From: Candidatus Omnitrophota bacterium
Lineage (GTDB): Bacteria; Omnitrophota; Gorgyraeia; Pluralincolimonadales; Pluralincolimonadaceae
Length of the DNA stretch: 64,000 bases
Assembly (NCBI GenBank): GCA_041653595.1
Contig: JBAZFB010000001.1
Coordinates: 4,467 to 68,466 of the forward strand
Direction: 5' to 3'
How positions within the stretch are numbered: position 1 is the first letter of the stretch; every line of letters starts with the position of its first letter. The translations under genes were made by a program, and so were the position numbers. Of the stretch, positions 34,777 to 45,137 are shown one piece after another. Below the pieces are notes generated by a model, which worked only from the letters and a program-made list of their open reading frames with translations, did not search any database and was not told the origin of the DNA.

Positions 34777-34854
34777 TGGTCGGGGCGCTCGGACTTGAAC
34801 CGAGGACCTTCTGCTCCCAAAGCAGACGCGCTAGCCAAACTGCGCTACGCCCCG
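34777..34854 (-). tRNA. tRNA-Pro (TGG)
   Basis: Manual fold: acceptor CGGGGCG/CGCCCCG, anticodon stem TCTGC/GCAGA, loop TTTGGGA. Confidence 0.85.
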
Positions 34855-34961
34855 AAGATTAAAAAACGCTCCCAATCGTCGGGGAGCGAACGAAATTTGC
34901 CATTTAGATTTTACCAATTCGCGCTTGCAAAGTCAAACCCTTTTAATATAGAATATATGCC

Positions 34962-37874
34962 ATGCAGGAACAACCGAAACGCAGGGGTATCCCCTTTTTA
35001 CGGAAGATATTCTTCTTATTCATATTGTTCGTCATCCTGGGCTCTATCGGGCTTTGGTATGTCAACGAGAATATCATGCCCACGAAGGGTAAGTCGCTCA
35101 TTATCGAGTACCTCACAAAGGCGACCGGCCGCGAGGTCACGCTTGAGAGCGTCTATTACAACCCGTTCAGGGGCATCGTCCTGAGGAACCTGGCGATCTC
35201 CGACGAACCGAAATATAAAAGGAAGTTCCTGGAGGTCGGAAAGCTTTACCTGAATATCCTCTATATCCCCCTTCTCCATGAGAAGAAGCTGGTGATCTCG
35301 TCGGTAAGGATCGACTCGCCGAAAATAGCCCTCACCGTAGACGATCGGGACAAGTGGAACTTCCAGTCGCTCGCCTTCCTTAACCAGCCTAAATCCGGGG
35401 GCGGAGATATGACCACCATCGTCAACAGCGTCATCATATCCAACGCGCGGATAGCGCTCGAGGACCTCGCCGCCGTACCGGCTTTCAGGAAAGAATTGAA
35501 GGATACGGATCTCCAGGTATCTCTCTCGTACCCGCTTAAGATCAAATACAGGTTAAACTCCGGGCTTGACATAAAACAGGCTAATTTCTTTTCGGCCGAC
35601 GGGCAATTCGATCCCTTCAAAAAAAGCGCGACACTCAATCTTAAGCTTAAGGACATACCGCTTGCGGAATTCCAGCCGTATTACACGGATCTGCCGTTCA
35701 AGGCCCTGGCCGGGAACCTGAGCGGGAACATCAGCGCTTCCTATTCCCATGAGAAAAGCCTGACGGTCGCGACTGTCTCGTCGGTCACCGGGCTGGTCTT
35801 CGGCCGCGAGGATTACACCGCGAAAGGCGCCATCGACCTGAGCGGAAAGATAATTTTAGACCTAAAGGACAAGGCCGGAGCAAAGATGCCATGCGTCATA
35901 AACGCCGCCGCTAAACTGGCCGTGGTCGAGCTCGTATCGAAAGATTTCTCGGTAAAAGGCGACGTCGACGCGAACGGCAAATTCTCGTTCGACCTTAAGG
36001 ACAAGACCGTTCCCCTGAAATATACGGCCGACACGCAGCTGCGCGACACGAAGATCGCCGGAGTGCCGGTCTTCGGCGCAATAGACAGGATAAACGGAAA
36101 AATATACTTCGACGAGACGAAACTCTGGACAGACCTGCTTAAGGGGCTCGCAAAGGGTTTCGACTGCGTATTCTCCGGGACGGTAAAGGACTATAGCAAT
36201 CCCCGCCTGGACCTGACCGCAAAGACCGACCTCGACCTCGCGCGGCTCAACGAACTGCTTGCGCCGGATATGAAGGAAAAACTTAAGGGTTACACATTCA
36301 GCGGGATAAGCAAGCTCTCGCTTAACGTCAGCGGCATGCTGAAACAGCAGGATAAGGTCCCCCTCGCCTACATCGTTACTTCCGAACTTTTGGATTGCGG
36401 CGTAAAAACGGCTTTCCTGGATAAGCCCGTCAAATCGATAAACGGGAAGCTCGTCGTGAAACAGGACTCGCTGGCGCTGAAAGATATCTCGGCGTTCTTT
36501 GACGACAAAAAATACCTTTTAAGCGGAGAGGTAACGGGCTTCAAGGCGCCGGCGTGCGACCTCTCGCTCTCCTCGGATGACCTTAAGCTGAGGACGGCGT
36601 TCAAGTACATGGAAGATTCCGTGACGTTCGGAAAATTCGACGGACGGTACAAGGATACGGTCTTCAACCTCTCCGGGTCTTACGCTAATTTCAAGGATCC
36701 TGCCGTCAGCGTAAAGGGAACGGTCGTGACGAGGATTGGCGAGATATCCCGGCATCTCCCGAAGGAGAGCGCGGAATTCCTCAATAAACTCAATCCCGCC
36801 ACATCCCTCTCTTCCTCTTTTGAGTTCAAAGGAAAGGCAAGGAAACAGGAGACGTGGGACCTCCTGCTTAATAAATTTGAAGGGAAATCAAGCGCCGTAG
36901 ACCTGGCGGTTTTCGGCTCCATATCGGATTTCAAAGACCCTTCTCTGGACCTCCGCGGCAGCCTTAACACGACCGTTGAGGAGCTGAAAAAATTCCTGGC
37001 GCCGCAGCAGGCGGAGATGCTCACAAAGAGCGAGGTCGGCGGGGACCTTACATTGAAATTCGTATTTAAAGGCAAGCAAAAGTCCCAGGATACCTGGCAG
37101 GCCGACCTGATTGCCGATTCCCCGCAGGTCAACATCAAGAAATTTAAATTAGCCGGTTGCCATCTCGAGGCCAAATTCAAGGATAAGTTCCTGACTTTCC
37201 CCCGCGTCACCGCCAACCCGTATGACGGCGCATTAGCCGCTAACGCGGTCATCGATTTCAGCCAGCAGAATCCCCAGTATGTCGTGCAGGTCGCGGTGCG
37301 GGATATCGATATCAGCAGGTGGAAGGATGATACCGATATGAAAGATAAAAAACTGCAGGGGCGTTTTTCGGCGAACGCCGATTTGGGCGGGTTCGGGAGC
37401 AACCTGGAGACTCTGAAAGGCAAAGGAAAGTTCGAGATAAAAGACGGGCATTTCTGGGAATTGCCGGTATTCTCCGGGATAGCGAATATCCTTTATATAC
37501 CCGGGGTAAGCAATATAGCCTTCGGCGAAGCGCGCGGGACCTTTAGTATCGCGAACAAAAAAGTATATACGGAAGATACCCAGATGGTCTCCGAGCAGAT
37601 GAAACTGACAGGCAACGGCACGGTGGATTTCGACGGCAACCTCGATTTCCAGACCACCGTGACTTTCGACAAAGGCCTTCTTCAGATAGCTTCTCCCCTC
37701 GGGCCGTTCCGCGACTTCTTAATAGATAAAGAAGGCAATTATCTCGGCATCATAACACTGAACGGGACGACAAAAGACCCGAAGTTCAAGACCAACGCGC
37801 CTAGCTTTGACAGGATATTCCAAAACAAACTTTTCAATAACATCAAGAACGGGATCTTCGGAGGGAACGAATGA
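34962..37874 (+). CDS. AsmA-family (TamB/AsmA-like) envelope protein
   Basis: A single N-terminal TM then a roughly 940-aa periplasmic beta-rich region with the AsmA-like composition. Confidence 0.7.
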   Translation: MQEQPKRRGIPFLRKIFFLFILFVILGSIGLWYVNENIMPTKGKSLIIEYLTKATGREVTLESVYYNPFRGIVLRNLAISDEPKYKRKFLEVGKLYLNILYIPLLHEKKLVISSVRIDSPKIALTVDDRDKWNFQSLAFLNQPKSGGGDMTTIVNSVIISNARIALEDLAAVPAFRKELKDTDLQVSLSYPLKIKYRLNSGLDIKQANFFSADGQFDPFKKSATLNLKLKDIPLAEFQPYYTDLPFKALAGNLSGNISASYSHEKSLTVATVSSVTGLVFGREDYTAKGAIDLSGKIILDLKDKAGAKMPCVINAAAKLAVVELVSKDFSVKGDVDANGKFSFDLKDKTVPLKYTADTQLRDTKIAGVPVFGAIDRINGKIYFDETKLWTDLLKGLAKGFDCVFSGTVKDYSNPRLDLTAKTDLDLARLNELLAPDMKEKLKGYTFSGISKLSLNVSGMLKQQDKVPLAYIVTSELLDCGVKTAFLDKPVKSINGKLVVKQDSLALKDISAFFDDKKYLLSGEVTGFKAPACDLSLSSDDLKLRTAFKYMEDSVTFGKFDGRYKDTVFNLSGSYANFKDPAVSVKGTVVTRIGEISRHLPKESAEFLNKLNPATSLSSSFEFKGKARKQETWDLLLNKFEGKSSAVDLAVFGSISDFKDPSLDLRGSLNTTVEELKKFLAPQQAEMLTKSEVGGDLTLKFVFKGKQKSQDTWQADLIADSPQVNIKKFKLAGCHLEAKFKDKFLTFPRVTANPYDGALAANAVIDFSQQNPQYVVQVAVRDIDISRWKDDTDMKDKKLQGRFSANADLGGFGSNLETLKGKGKFEIKDGHFWELPVFSGIANILYIPGVSNIAFGEARGTFSIANKKVYTEDTQMVSEQMKLTGNGTVDFDGNLDFQTTVTFDKGLLQIASPLGPFRDFLIDKEGNYLGIITLNGTTKDPKFKTNAPSFDRIFQNKLFNNIKNGIFGGNE

Positions 37875-38448
37875 TGGTCCGCGCTTTCTTTAACGCGCGG
37901 CCGCGGTGGCTTATAGAATTCTTCTGTGAAGCGGAAAGTTCCGCGAAAGTCTTCTTGAATTCCGGCGAAAAGAATACCGGGTCGTAGCCGAAGCCGTTTG
38001 CGCCCTTGGGTTCAAAAGTTATCCTGCCGGAGCATTCTCCCCTGACTATACCTTTAATGCCGTCAGGCCCGGCGATCGCGACCACAGAAACGAATTTAGC
38101 TCCCCTCTTATTCCCCGGCACACTCTCAAGAAGCCTTAACAGTTTCCGGTTATTACCTTCATAGTCGGCTTTATTTCCCGCGAACCTAGCGGAACGGACG
38201 CCCGGCCTTCCGCCGAGCGCTTTGACGGCAAGGCCCGAATCATCGGCCATAACCAACCGTTTTGTGTATTTCGCTATCTTAAGGGCTTTGAGCCTGGCGT
38301 TCGCCTCGAAAGTCTTTCCCGTCTCTTTTACCTTCGGGGCACCGGGAAAATCGTTCAGGTCGAGGACTTTTATGCCGAGGCCTTTAAGGAGGGCTTTGAG
38401 CTCACGCTTCTTTTCTTTATTCCTTGATGATATGACTATCTCGAACAC
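37843..38448 (-). CDS. rdgB: dITP/XTP pyrophosphatase RdgB (Ham1)
   Basis: FEPKGANGFGYDPVF and SHRGRALKK motifs. Confidence 0.85.
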   Translation of the reverse strand: MFEIVISSRNKEKKRELKALLKGLGIKVLDLNDFPGAPKVKETGKTFEANARLKALKIAKYTKRLVMADDSGLAVKALGGRPGVRSARFAGNKADYEGNNRKLLRLLESVPGNKRGAKFVSVVAIAGPDGIKGIVRGECSGRITFEPKGANGFGYDPVFFSPEFKKTFAELSASQKNSISHRGRALKKARTIIRSLRRSRS

Positions 38449-39171
38449 TTAAATACCCAATGTCTTCTTCTGTATGTCGATAAGCTGGCCTATGCCCTTC
38501 TTGGCGAGTTCGAGCAATTTATGCAGCTCTTCGCCGTCAAAAGGTTCGCCCTCGGCCGTTCCCTGGACCTCGATGAACTTCCCCCCGCCGGTCATGACGA
38601 TATTCATGTCGACATCGGCGTTCGAGTCCTCCTGGAAAGTCAGGTCGAGGACCGGCTCGCCTTTTATCATGCCTACGCTTGTCGCGGCCACGTAATCGAG
38701 CACCGGGATCTTCGTTATCATGCCCTTCTTCTTCATCCATGATAACGCGTCGGCAAGCGCGATGAAACTTCCGGTTATCGAGGCGCAACGCGTGCCGCCG
38801 TCCGCCTGGATGACGTCGCAATCTATCCAGACCGACCTTTCCCCTAATACCGGGAGGTCGACCACGGCCCTGAGCGAACGCCCGACCAGGCGCTGTATTT
38901 CGTGCGTCCTTCCGCCTATCGCGCCCCGGACCGCTTCCCTCTGCACCCTCTGCTGGCACGAACGGGGAAGCATACCGTATTCGGAAGTCACCCAGCCCGT
39001 CCCCTTGCCCTTAAGGAACATCGGGACATTCTCTTCGACCGAGGCGGAGCAGATGACCTTCGTCTCGCCCAATTCCATAAGGCACGACCCTTCGGCGAAT
39101 TTCATATAATTGCGCGTGACATTCACCTTCCTTAAGAATTCCGCGCCGCGCCCGTCCGCTCTTTTTATCAT
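38449..39171 (-). CDS. rph: Ribonuclease PH
   Basis: [13 protein letters not shown]… and [18 protein letters not shown]. Confidence 0.9.
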   Translation of the reverse strand: MIKRADGRGAEFLRKVNVTRNYMKFAEGSCLMELGETKVICSASVEENVPMFLKGKGTGWVTSEYGMLPRSCQQRVQREAVRGAIGGRTHEIQRLVGRSLRAVVDLPVLGERSVWIDCDVIQADGGTRCASITGSFIALADALSWMKKKGMITKIPVLDYVAATSVGMIKGEPVLDLTFQEDSNADVDMNIVMTGGGKFIEVQGTAEGEPFDGEELHKLLELAKKGIGQLIDIQKKTLGI

Positions 39172-39172
39172 T

Positions 39173-39688
39173 CTATATTTCCTTTCCCATTGCGTCTATC
39201 CCGACGATAGCGGGAAAATCTTTTAACTTCAATTCGTAAACAGCCTCCGCGCCCAGGTCTTTATACAAGACCGGCTTCGCGTCTATTATCATTTTGGAAA
39301 GATACGCGCCGGCGCCGGCGATAGTGATAAAATAGACCGCCTTATGCCTCTTTATCGCGCGCCTGACATCCTCGGAACGCGAACCTTTTCCTATCATTCC
39401 CTTAAGCCCGGCCTTCAAGAGGTGCGGCGTAAAGAAATCCATCCTGCTTGAAGTGGTCGGGCCGCATGAGCCTACGGCTTTCCCCGGGCGCGCGGGAGTG
39501 GGCCCCGCGTAATAGATCACCTGGCCCCTGAGGTCCAACGGCATCTTCTTTTTCGCGTATGCCCCTACCAGCCTGAAATGCGCCTGGTCGCGGGCGGTAT
39601 AGACAGGGCCGTTCAGCAACACCTCATCGCCTGCCCTGAGAGTTTTTATTACGTCGTCTTTAAGAGGTAACTGGATAGAGCGTATCAT
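39173..39688 (-). CDS. Class I fumarate hydratase (Fe-S hydro-lyase), beta subunit
   Basis: Fumerase_C-type sequence; adjacent to the alpha subunit. Confidence 0.85.
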   Translation of the reverse strand: MIRSIQLPLKDDVIKTLRAGDEVLLNGPVYTARDQAHFRLVGAYAKKKMPLDLRGQVIYYAGPTPARPGKAVGSCGPTTSSRMDFFTPHLLKAGLKGMIGKGSRSEDVRRAIKRHKAVYFITIAGAGAYLSKMIIDAKPVLYKDLGAEAVYELKLKDFPAIVGIDAMGKEI

Positions 39689-39689
39689 T

Positions 39690-40532
39690 CTAAAGTGTGG
39701 CTGTCGCGCTCCTCGTCGCGTGGCAGGATATGCTTACGCAGACCGGAAGGCCGGCTATATGGGTCGGATATGTCTCTATATTGACGCCCAGGCAGGTGGC
39801 CCCGCCGCCGAACCCCATCGGGCCGATCTTTAAGGCGTTTATCTTCTTAAATAATTCCTTTTCCAACCCCGCGATATGGCGTTTTGCGCTCCGTTTATCT
39901 ATAGGGCGCATCAGCGCTTTTTTAGACAAAAGGCATGCCTTATCAAGGGTGCCGCCGAGGCCCACGCCTATAATATACGGCGGGCATGCGTCGGCGCCGG
40001 CTTTCTTTACCGATTCGATCACGAACGCCCCGATCTCATCCGCGCCCTGGGTAGGGTTGAGCATCTTGACGGCGGTCTTGTTCTCGCTGCCGAACCCTTT
40101 GGGTACGACGGTTATCCTTACTTTGTTCCCCGGGACTATCTCCTCGTGTATGACCGCAGGCGCGTTATCCCTTGTATTGACCCTCAGGATAGGGTCGGCG
40201 ACAACAGATTTGCGCAGGTGGCCTTTTTTGTATCCTTCGCGGATACCGTCATTGACCGCTCCGGAAAGACTGCCGCCCGTAAGGCTGACGCCCTGTCCTA
40301 TCTCTATAAATACGACTGCCATCCCGGTATCCTGGCAGATCGCTATTCTTTCATATTTCGCTATCGCGGCGTTGGAGAGGAGTATTTTAAGGATATTTTT
40401 GGCCTTCCGGTCTTTTTCGGCCAGGTATGCTTTCCTTATGGCGCGGACAATATCCCCGCGCAGGATGAGGTTTGCCTCGACCGCGAGCTTCGCGACCGCG
40501 GACTTTATTTTTTTGACATTTATCTTTTTCAT
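39690..40532 (-). CDS. Class I fumarate hydratase, alpha subunit
   Basis: ICQDTGMAVVFIEIG and the Cys ligands of the Fumerase N-terminal domain. Confidence 0.85.
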   Translation of the reverse strand: MKKINVKKIKSAVAKLAVEANLILRGDIVRAIRKAYLAEKDRKAKNILKILLSNAAIAKYERIAICQDTGMAVVFIEIGQGVSLTGGSLSGAVNDGIREGYKKGHLRKSVVADPILRVNTRDNAPAVIHEEIVPGNKVRITVVPKGFGSENKTAVKMLNPTQGADEIGAFVIESVKKAGADACPPYIIGVGLGGTLDKACLLSKKALMRPIDKRSAKRHIAGLEKELFKKINALKIGPMGFGGGATCLGVNIETYPTHIAGLPVCVSISCHATRSATATL

Positions 40533-41239
40533 TTTACACCCTTGATCTTATGGAGTTGCGGTATTATCCTCACGTCCTTCAGTTTCGCCAGCGCCTTCTT
40601 CTGCCAATCGAGAAGTTTGGCGTTTTCAGGGACGCCCTTGAACTCCCCGAAGGCAGAGGCCGGCTGGAATATAAGCGGTATATTCCTGTCGATGCTCTCT
40701 ATCAACGCGATAGCCTTTTCGACATCGGCGTCGTGGGTCTCGTTCGTGACGACCATCTTGATAAAAACTTCTTTCTCTTTAGCCGCTTTCAGGAATTCGA
40801 AGTGCTCTTCCCAAAAATGCCTGTTCTTCGTCGAGGACGGCAGTTTGATATCCATGGCGATGACATCGACAAGGCCTATCACTTCCTTCGCCTTATCCGG
40901 GAGGGTCCCGTTCGTATCGAGGTGTATCTTATATCCCCTTTCCTTTAGCGCCGGCAGGAGGACTTTCAGGAATTGCGTGTGAAGTAAAGGTTCACCTCCC
41001 GTTATCGTGACAGCCTTCGCTTTTTTACCTTTATCCGCGTCGAATACCTTATCGACGACAGCCCTTATCGAAGACTCTTCGGGCGCTTCCGGCTGTGGCG
41101 TATCGCAAAACGCGCAGCGCAGGTTGCAGCCGTGGAAACGGACGAAGACATGGTCCTCTCCGGCATAGACACCCTCGCCCTGGATAGAGAGGAAGACTTC
41201 GGTCACTTTCGCAGTAGGTTGTTTGAATATTATTTTCAT
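40529..41239 (-). CDS. queE: 7-carboxy-7-deazaguanine synthase QueE (radical SAM)
   Basis: CNLRCAFCDT cluster motif; start set at MKIIFK, ATGA-coupled to the queC stop. Confidence 0.85.
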   Translation of the reverse strand: MKIIFKQPTAKVTEVFLSIQGEGVYAGEDHVFVRFHGCNLRCAFCDTPQPEAPEESSIRAVVDKVFDADKGKKAKAVTITGGEPLLHTQFLKVLLPALKERGYKIHLDTNGTLPDKAKEVIGLVDVIAMDIKLPSSTKNRHFWEEHFEFLKAAKEKEVFIKMVVTNETHDADVEKAIALIESIDRNIPLIFQPASAFGEFKGVPENAKLLDWQKKALAKLKDVRIIPQLHKIKGVK

Positions 41240-41913
41240 CTCTTTTTCGAGGGGTCTTTTATCTTGGCCTCCCTGAAACCTTTTTCCCTTATGATGCACG
41301 AATCACACGTAAGGCAAGGGCCCTTGCCTCCGGCGTAGCACGACCACGTATATTCGTACGGCACGCCCAATTTCGTCCCCAACCTGATGATCCGCGCTTT
41401 TGCCATGCCTATGAGCGGCGTAAATATCTTTATCTTGGCGCCGGCTTTTGTTCCGCGCTTAATCAATTTATTGAAAACTTTATAATATCCGGGCCTGCAA
41501 TCGGGATACCCGCTGAAATCGACCGCGTTCGCGCCGATAAATATCGCGGTCGCGCCTGTCGCCTCGGCGCAGGAAACCGCGAAACTCAGAAATACCGTGT
41601 TCCTTGCCGGCACATAAGTGGCCGGTATCCCTTTTGCCGGATGCCTTCCGCTCTTTGGCACGGCTATGCGCCTGTCAAGGAGGGCGCTCCCTTTCCACGG
41701 CAAAGCGATCTTTATGATCTCGTAATCCGCGCCGCAGGATCCGGCGATCTTCTTCGCGCTTTCGATCTCTTTTTTATGGCGCTGTCCGTAATCAAAGACC
41801 AGGCACTTGCAATCGTATCCCTTGCTCTTCGCGTAATAAAGCGTAGTCGCGGAATCCAACCCGCCCGACAGCAATACCACCGCCTTCCTTGTCCTGCGCG
41901 TGCGATTCTTCAT
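41236..41913 (-). CDS. queC: 7-cyano-7-deazaguanine synthase QueC
   Basis: SGGLDSAT PP-loop and a C-terminal zinc motif CLTCDSC. Confidence 0.9.
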   Translation of the reverse strand: MKNRTRRTRKAVVLLSGGLDSATTLYYAKSKGYDCKCLVFDYGQRHKKEIESAKKIAGSCGADYEIIKIALPWKGSALLDRRIAVPKSGRHPAKGIPATYVPARNTVFLSFAVSCAEATGATAIFIGANAVDFSGYPDCRPGYYKVFNKLIKRGTKAGAKIKIFTPLIGMAKARIIRLGTKLGVPYEYTWSCYAGGKGPCLTCDSCIIREKGFREAKIKDPSKKR

Positions 41914-42278
41914 TCAAAATACGTGGCGCAGGAATCCCTCGTCTCCCAGACGCTCACGCGCCTCAGCGAGACCTTATCGCCCTTAAGCGCCTTCTTTAAA
42001 TTATCGTATATATACTTCGCGATATTCTCCGCGGAGGGATTGCCTTTTTTAAAGAATATTATGCCGTTCAAGTCGCGGTGGTCGAGCGAATCCAGGACGG
42101 CGTTCAATTTATTCCTAAGGGTCCTGAAATCTATCGCCAGGCCGCCGTGGTCCAGTTTTTTCGTCGCCGCGAAAACCTCGACGTCCCAATTGTGGCCGTG
42201 GAGGGCCTCGCATTTGCCGCGGTAGCCCTTCAGCCTGTGCGCGCCGCTGAAACTCCCTTTTACCGATACCTCAAACAT
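41910..42278 (-). CDS. queD: 6-carboxy-5,6,7,8-tetrahydropterin synthase QueD
   Basis: PTPS-fold motifs CEALHGHNW. Confidence 0.85.
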   Translation of the reverse strand: MFEVSVKGSFSGAHRLKGYRGKCEALHGHNWDVEVFAATKKLDHGGLAIDFRTLRNKLNAVLDSLDHRDLNGIIFFKKGNPSAENIAKYIYDNLKKALKGDKVSLRRVSVWETRDSCATYFE

Positions 42279-43071
42279 CCTTCACCTGCTCCGCTGTCTT
42301 GACGTCCGTGCCGAGGAACCTTTTCGCGACGGTCAGGAACTTACCCGGCGCGTCGCTTACATAAAATCTGGAACGTCCCGCCCTCCGGCCCGGGTATTTC
42401 AACCCGCACTCCTCAAGCAAGTTCCTCGCCTCTATGGCGGTCTCCTCGGCCGAATCCACAAGTTTTACCGCCTTACCCATCACCTTTTGTATGGCGGGTT
42501 TCAGGAGAGGGTAATGCGTGCAGCCGAGGATCACCGTATCTATCTTCTTTTCTTTGAGCCCGGAGAGATATTTCCCCGCCGCTATGTCGACTATGCCGTC
42601 GCCGGCCCAACCCTCTTCGACGAGCGGGACGAATAGAGGGCAGTCCTTGCTGTAAACTTTGATCTTCGGGTCGAGGGCATTTATCTCCTTCTCATAGGCC
42701 TTGCTCAGGACCGTAGCCGTCGTCCCTATTACGCCCACCCGGCCGTTCCTGGTCGAGCGTATCGCCGCCTTCGCGCCGGGCTTGATGACGCCGATTATCG
42801 GCACGCTGAAATATTTGGAGAGGAAAGGCAATCCTATCGCGGACGAAGTGTTGCAGGCGATGATAATAAGCTTCACGTCGAAATTCAGCAGGAAGAGGAC
42901 GTTCTCTATCGAAAATTTCTTTATCGTCGACGGGGATTTCGTGCCGTAAGGGACGCGCGCGGTGTCGCCGAAATAGATGATATCCTCGGCAGGCATCTCT
43001 TTCGCCAGTTGCTTGACGACGGTGAGCCCGCCTACACCCGAGTCAAAGACCCCTATAGGCTTATCTCTCAT
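42271..43071 (-). CDS. murI: Glutamate racemase
   Basis: GVFDSGVGGLTV, IIACNTSS, GCTHYP. Confidence 0.9.
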   Translation of the reverse strand: MRDKPIGVFDSGVGGLTVVKQLAKEMPAEDIIYFGDTARVPYGTKSPSTIKKFSIENVLFLLNFDVKLIIIACNTSSAIGLPFLSKYFSVPIIGVIKPGAKAAIRSTRNGRVGVIGTTATVLSKAYEKEINALDPKIKVYSKDCPLFVPLVEEGWAGDGIVDIAAGKYLSGLKEKKIDTVILGCTHYPLLKPAIQKVMGKAVKLVDSAEETAIEARNLLEECGLKYPGRRAGRSRFYVSDAPGKFLTVAKRFLGTDVKTAEQVKDV

Positions 43072-44177
43072 TTGGTAAATCCGTCGGTAGATTCATAGAT
43101 CTTCTTGTAATTGAGTATCCCTTTCGCTATCGCCGATGCTACATCCTCCCTGCACGAGGCGCTCTTAAGGTCTTTTTCTTCCGCGGGATTGGATATAAAA
43201 CCGATCTCGACCAGCACGGCCGGCATCTGCGCGCCCTTTAATACATAGAACCTCGCGCTCTTGACGCCGCGGCAATAAAGGGAGGTAGACGCGTCCACGG
43301 ATTTCGAGATATTCCGGGCTAGCTCTATCGATTCTTCCCTGTTCTCGGTATATACGAGGTCCCAGAGCGTCGCCTCGAGGTCTGTATTGCGGCGCTGGAA
43401 AGAGGAATCGTCAAATTTCAGGAAAGAATTTTCTGCGGCCTCCACGGCGCGGGCGTTGTCATCGACCGCGGTCGACAGGTAATATACCTCGAACCCCTTC
43501 GCGCCTTTCAGTCTCGCCGAATTGGCATGGATACTGACAAAGAAATCTACGTTGTTCTCGTTGGCTATCTGCGACCTCTTTTCCAGCGGGATAAACCTGT
43601 CCCTGTCGCGGGTCATTACCACATCGACGCCGTTCTCGTTGAGCTGTTCTTTTACGCGCCTGGCTACATCGAGGACGAGGTCTTTTTCTTTTAATCCGGT
43701 CCGGCCTACCGCCCCGGGATCATTGCCGCCGTGGCCCGCATCGATAACAACCTTCCTTACCAGGTATTTCTGTGTGACCGGCGGCCTGGGGCCGGTGATC
43801 CGCGGAGGGCTGAGCACTCTAGCTATCGAATTGATGGCAAAATCGGCGGGTATCGCGGCCGAACCCTCATAAAAAACCACCGGGGAGCTTAATCTTTCCG
43901 GCTTTCCGTTTATAGCGGCGTAGTCCATGCCGACATAAAAAGCGAATATCTTGTTTTCCTTGATTAGGTCGGCCCTTCTCGCCACCGGGTCCCATTCGCA
44001 CCTGGCCTGGTAGTATCCGGCGATGAGCGTCAGCGGGATATAACTCTTGCCGTCGATCTTCACGGCCTGCGATGAAAGCGCGCCCCGTATCTCTCCCATC
44101 CTCGGGGCGGTCGCGCATCCCGCGGTAAAAAGAAGAAGCGCCGCGAAAATCACCAGGAACAGCCTTCTCGTTATCAT
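43068..44177 (-). CDS. N-acetylmuramoyl-L-alanine amidase (Amidase_3)
   Basis: VVIDAGHGGNDPGA, FVSIHANS, VLVEIGFISNPAEE. Confidence 0.88.
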   Translation of the reverse strand: MITRRLFLVIFAALLLFTAGCATAPRMGEIRGALSSQAVKIDGKSYIPLTLIAGYYQARCEWDPVARRADLIKENKIFAFYVGMDYAAINGKPERLSSPVVFYEGSAAIPADFAINSIARVLSPPRITGPRPPVTQKYLVRKVVIDAGHGGNDPGAVGRTGLKEKDLVLDVARRVKEQLNENGVDVVMTRDRDRFIPLEKRSQIANENNVDFFVSIHANSARLKGAKGFEVYYLSTAVDDNARAVEAAENSFLKFDDSSFQRRNTDLEATLWDLVYTENREESIELARNISKSVDASTSLYCRGVKSARFYVLKGAQMPAVLVEIGFISNPAEEKDLKSASCREDVASAIAKGILNYKKIYESTDGFTK

Positions 44178-44199
44178 TCTCCCCTTAAATGGTGGAGGC

Positions 44200-44540
44200 G
44201 CGGGGATTCGAACCCCGGTCCTTAAGTCACTCGATAAGAGCTCCTACGTGCGTTTCCTGCGTTTTGTCATTCGCCCTTCACGGCCGCGCGAGCAGGCCCG
44301 CTGCCGGAAAGACTAGCCTTTTGATCTTCTTGTCCCATTTCTTAAAGGCGAAAGGAATGGGACCAGCCTGCTGCGGTGTCCGACCCGGCTTCGCAGGCAA
44401 AACCGGAGGACATGCTGCTTAATTAAGCAGCTAGCGCGAGTTCATTCGCGTTTAACTTTGTTGCCAGGTTTTAACGAGGCCACCTGACACCCTCGGCACG
44501 CAACCCTTAACTTGCTTCTTAAGTCGAAGCCTTTCGCCCC
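44200..44540 (-). ncRNA. ssrA: tmRNA (ssrA); tag reading frame encodes ANELALAA
   Basis: 5' end GGGGGCGAAAGGCTTCGAC…, 3' tRNA-like end GGGGTTCGAATCCCCGCGCCTCCACCA, and the internal ORF GCG AAT GAA CTC GCG CTA GCT GCT TAA with the stop inside a GCTGCTTAATTAAGCAGC hairpin. Confidence 0.85.
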
Positions 44541-44541
44541 C

Positions 44542-44991
44542 TCACTTTCCTCTAAACTCCCGACGCAGATCCCTGTCGGAGTCGCGTTTCTTGATATCGT
44601 CACGCCTGTCATAGAGCTTTTTGCCCTTCACCAGGGCGATCTCTGCCTTGGCCATGCCCTTCTTGAAATATATCTTCAGCGGGACAAGAGTAAGGCCTTT
44701 CTGGGCCAGATCCCCCTGAAGCTTGTTTATCTGGGGCTTATGCATCAATAGCTTGCGCCGCCTCTTAGGGTCGGGCGCGAACCTGCCGGCCTGAGGATAC
44801 GGCGATATGTGCATATTATAGAGAAAAAGCTCGTCATCGTCTATCCTGGCAAAACTGTCCTTCAGGTTTGCCTTCTTGTCCCTCAGGGACTTTACCTCCG
44901 CGCCCTGAAGGGCTATACCCGCCTCGAAGGTCTCGAGGATGTGGTAATTATGACGGGCTTCCCTATTTGTGGCAACTGTCTCGTCTGCCAT
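44542..44991 (-). CDS. smpB: SsrA-binding protein SmpB
   Basis: NREARHNYHILETFEAGIALQGAEVKSLR…; start trimmed to MADETV. Confidence 0.88.
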   Translation of the reverse strand: MADETVATNREARHNYHILETFEAGIALQGAEVKSLRDKKANLKDSFARIDDDELFLYNMHISPYPQAGRFAPDPKRRRKLLMHKPQINKLQGDLAQKGLTLVPLKIYFKKGMAKAEIALVKGKKLYDRRDDIKKRDSDRDLRREFRGK

Positions 44992-45086
44992 TTTGTGGTA
45001 ATAATATATCATATCGAAGCTGATAAAGCAATGGGGCCGCCGGGGGGTCTCCGCGCCCCACTGAGGTGGGATGTTCGCATTTTCCA

Positions 45087-45115
45087 TTGAAAAACGCCCC
45101 GATTATCGGTATAAT
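45087..45115 (+). promoter_or_regulatory. Consensus sigma70 promoter TTGAAA–17–TATAAT for the phosphorylase gene
   Basis: Read directly from the sequence, about 22 nt upstream of the ATG. Confidence 0.5.
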
Positions 45116-45137
45116 CTATTAAGTTTTAAAGAAAACC

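Noticed and set aside
36680-37423. 247-aa minus-strand ORF inside the AsmA gene
   Set aside because: Antisense to a 970-aa ORF with a consistent N-terminal TM and family-like composition; no motifs.
39697-40982. Plus-strand ORFs of 282 and 368 aa overlapping the fumarase alpha and queE genes
   Set aside because: Antisense to genes with clear catalytic motifs; compositionally biased translations; a GC-driven artefact.
44047-44422. ORFs 44047-44316 and 44189-44422 on the plus strand
   Set aside because: They overlap the tmRNA gene, whose tRNA-like ends and tag ORF are unambiguous.
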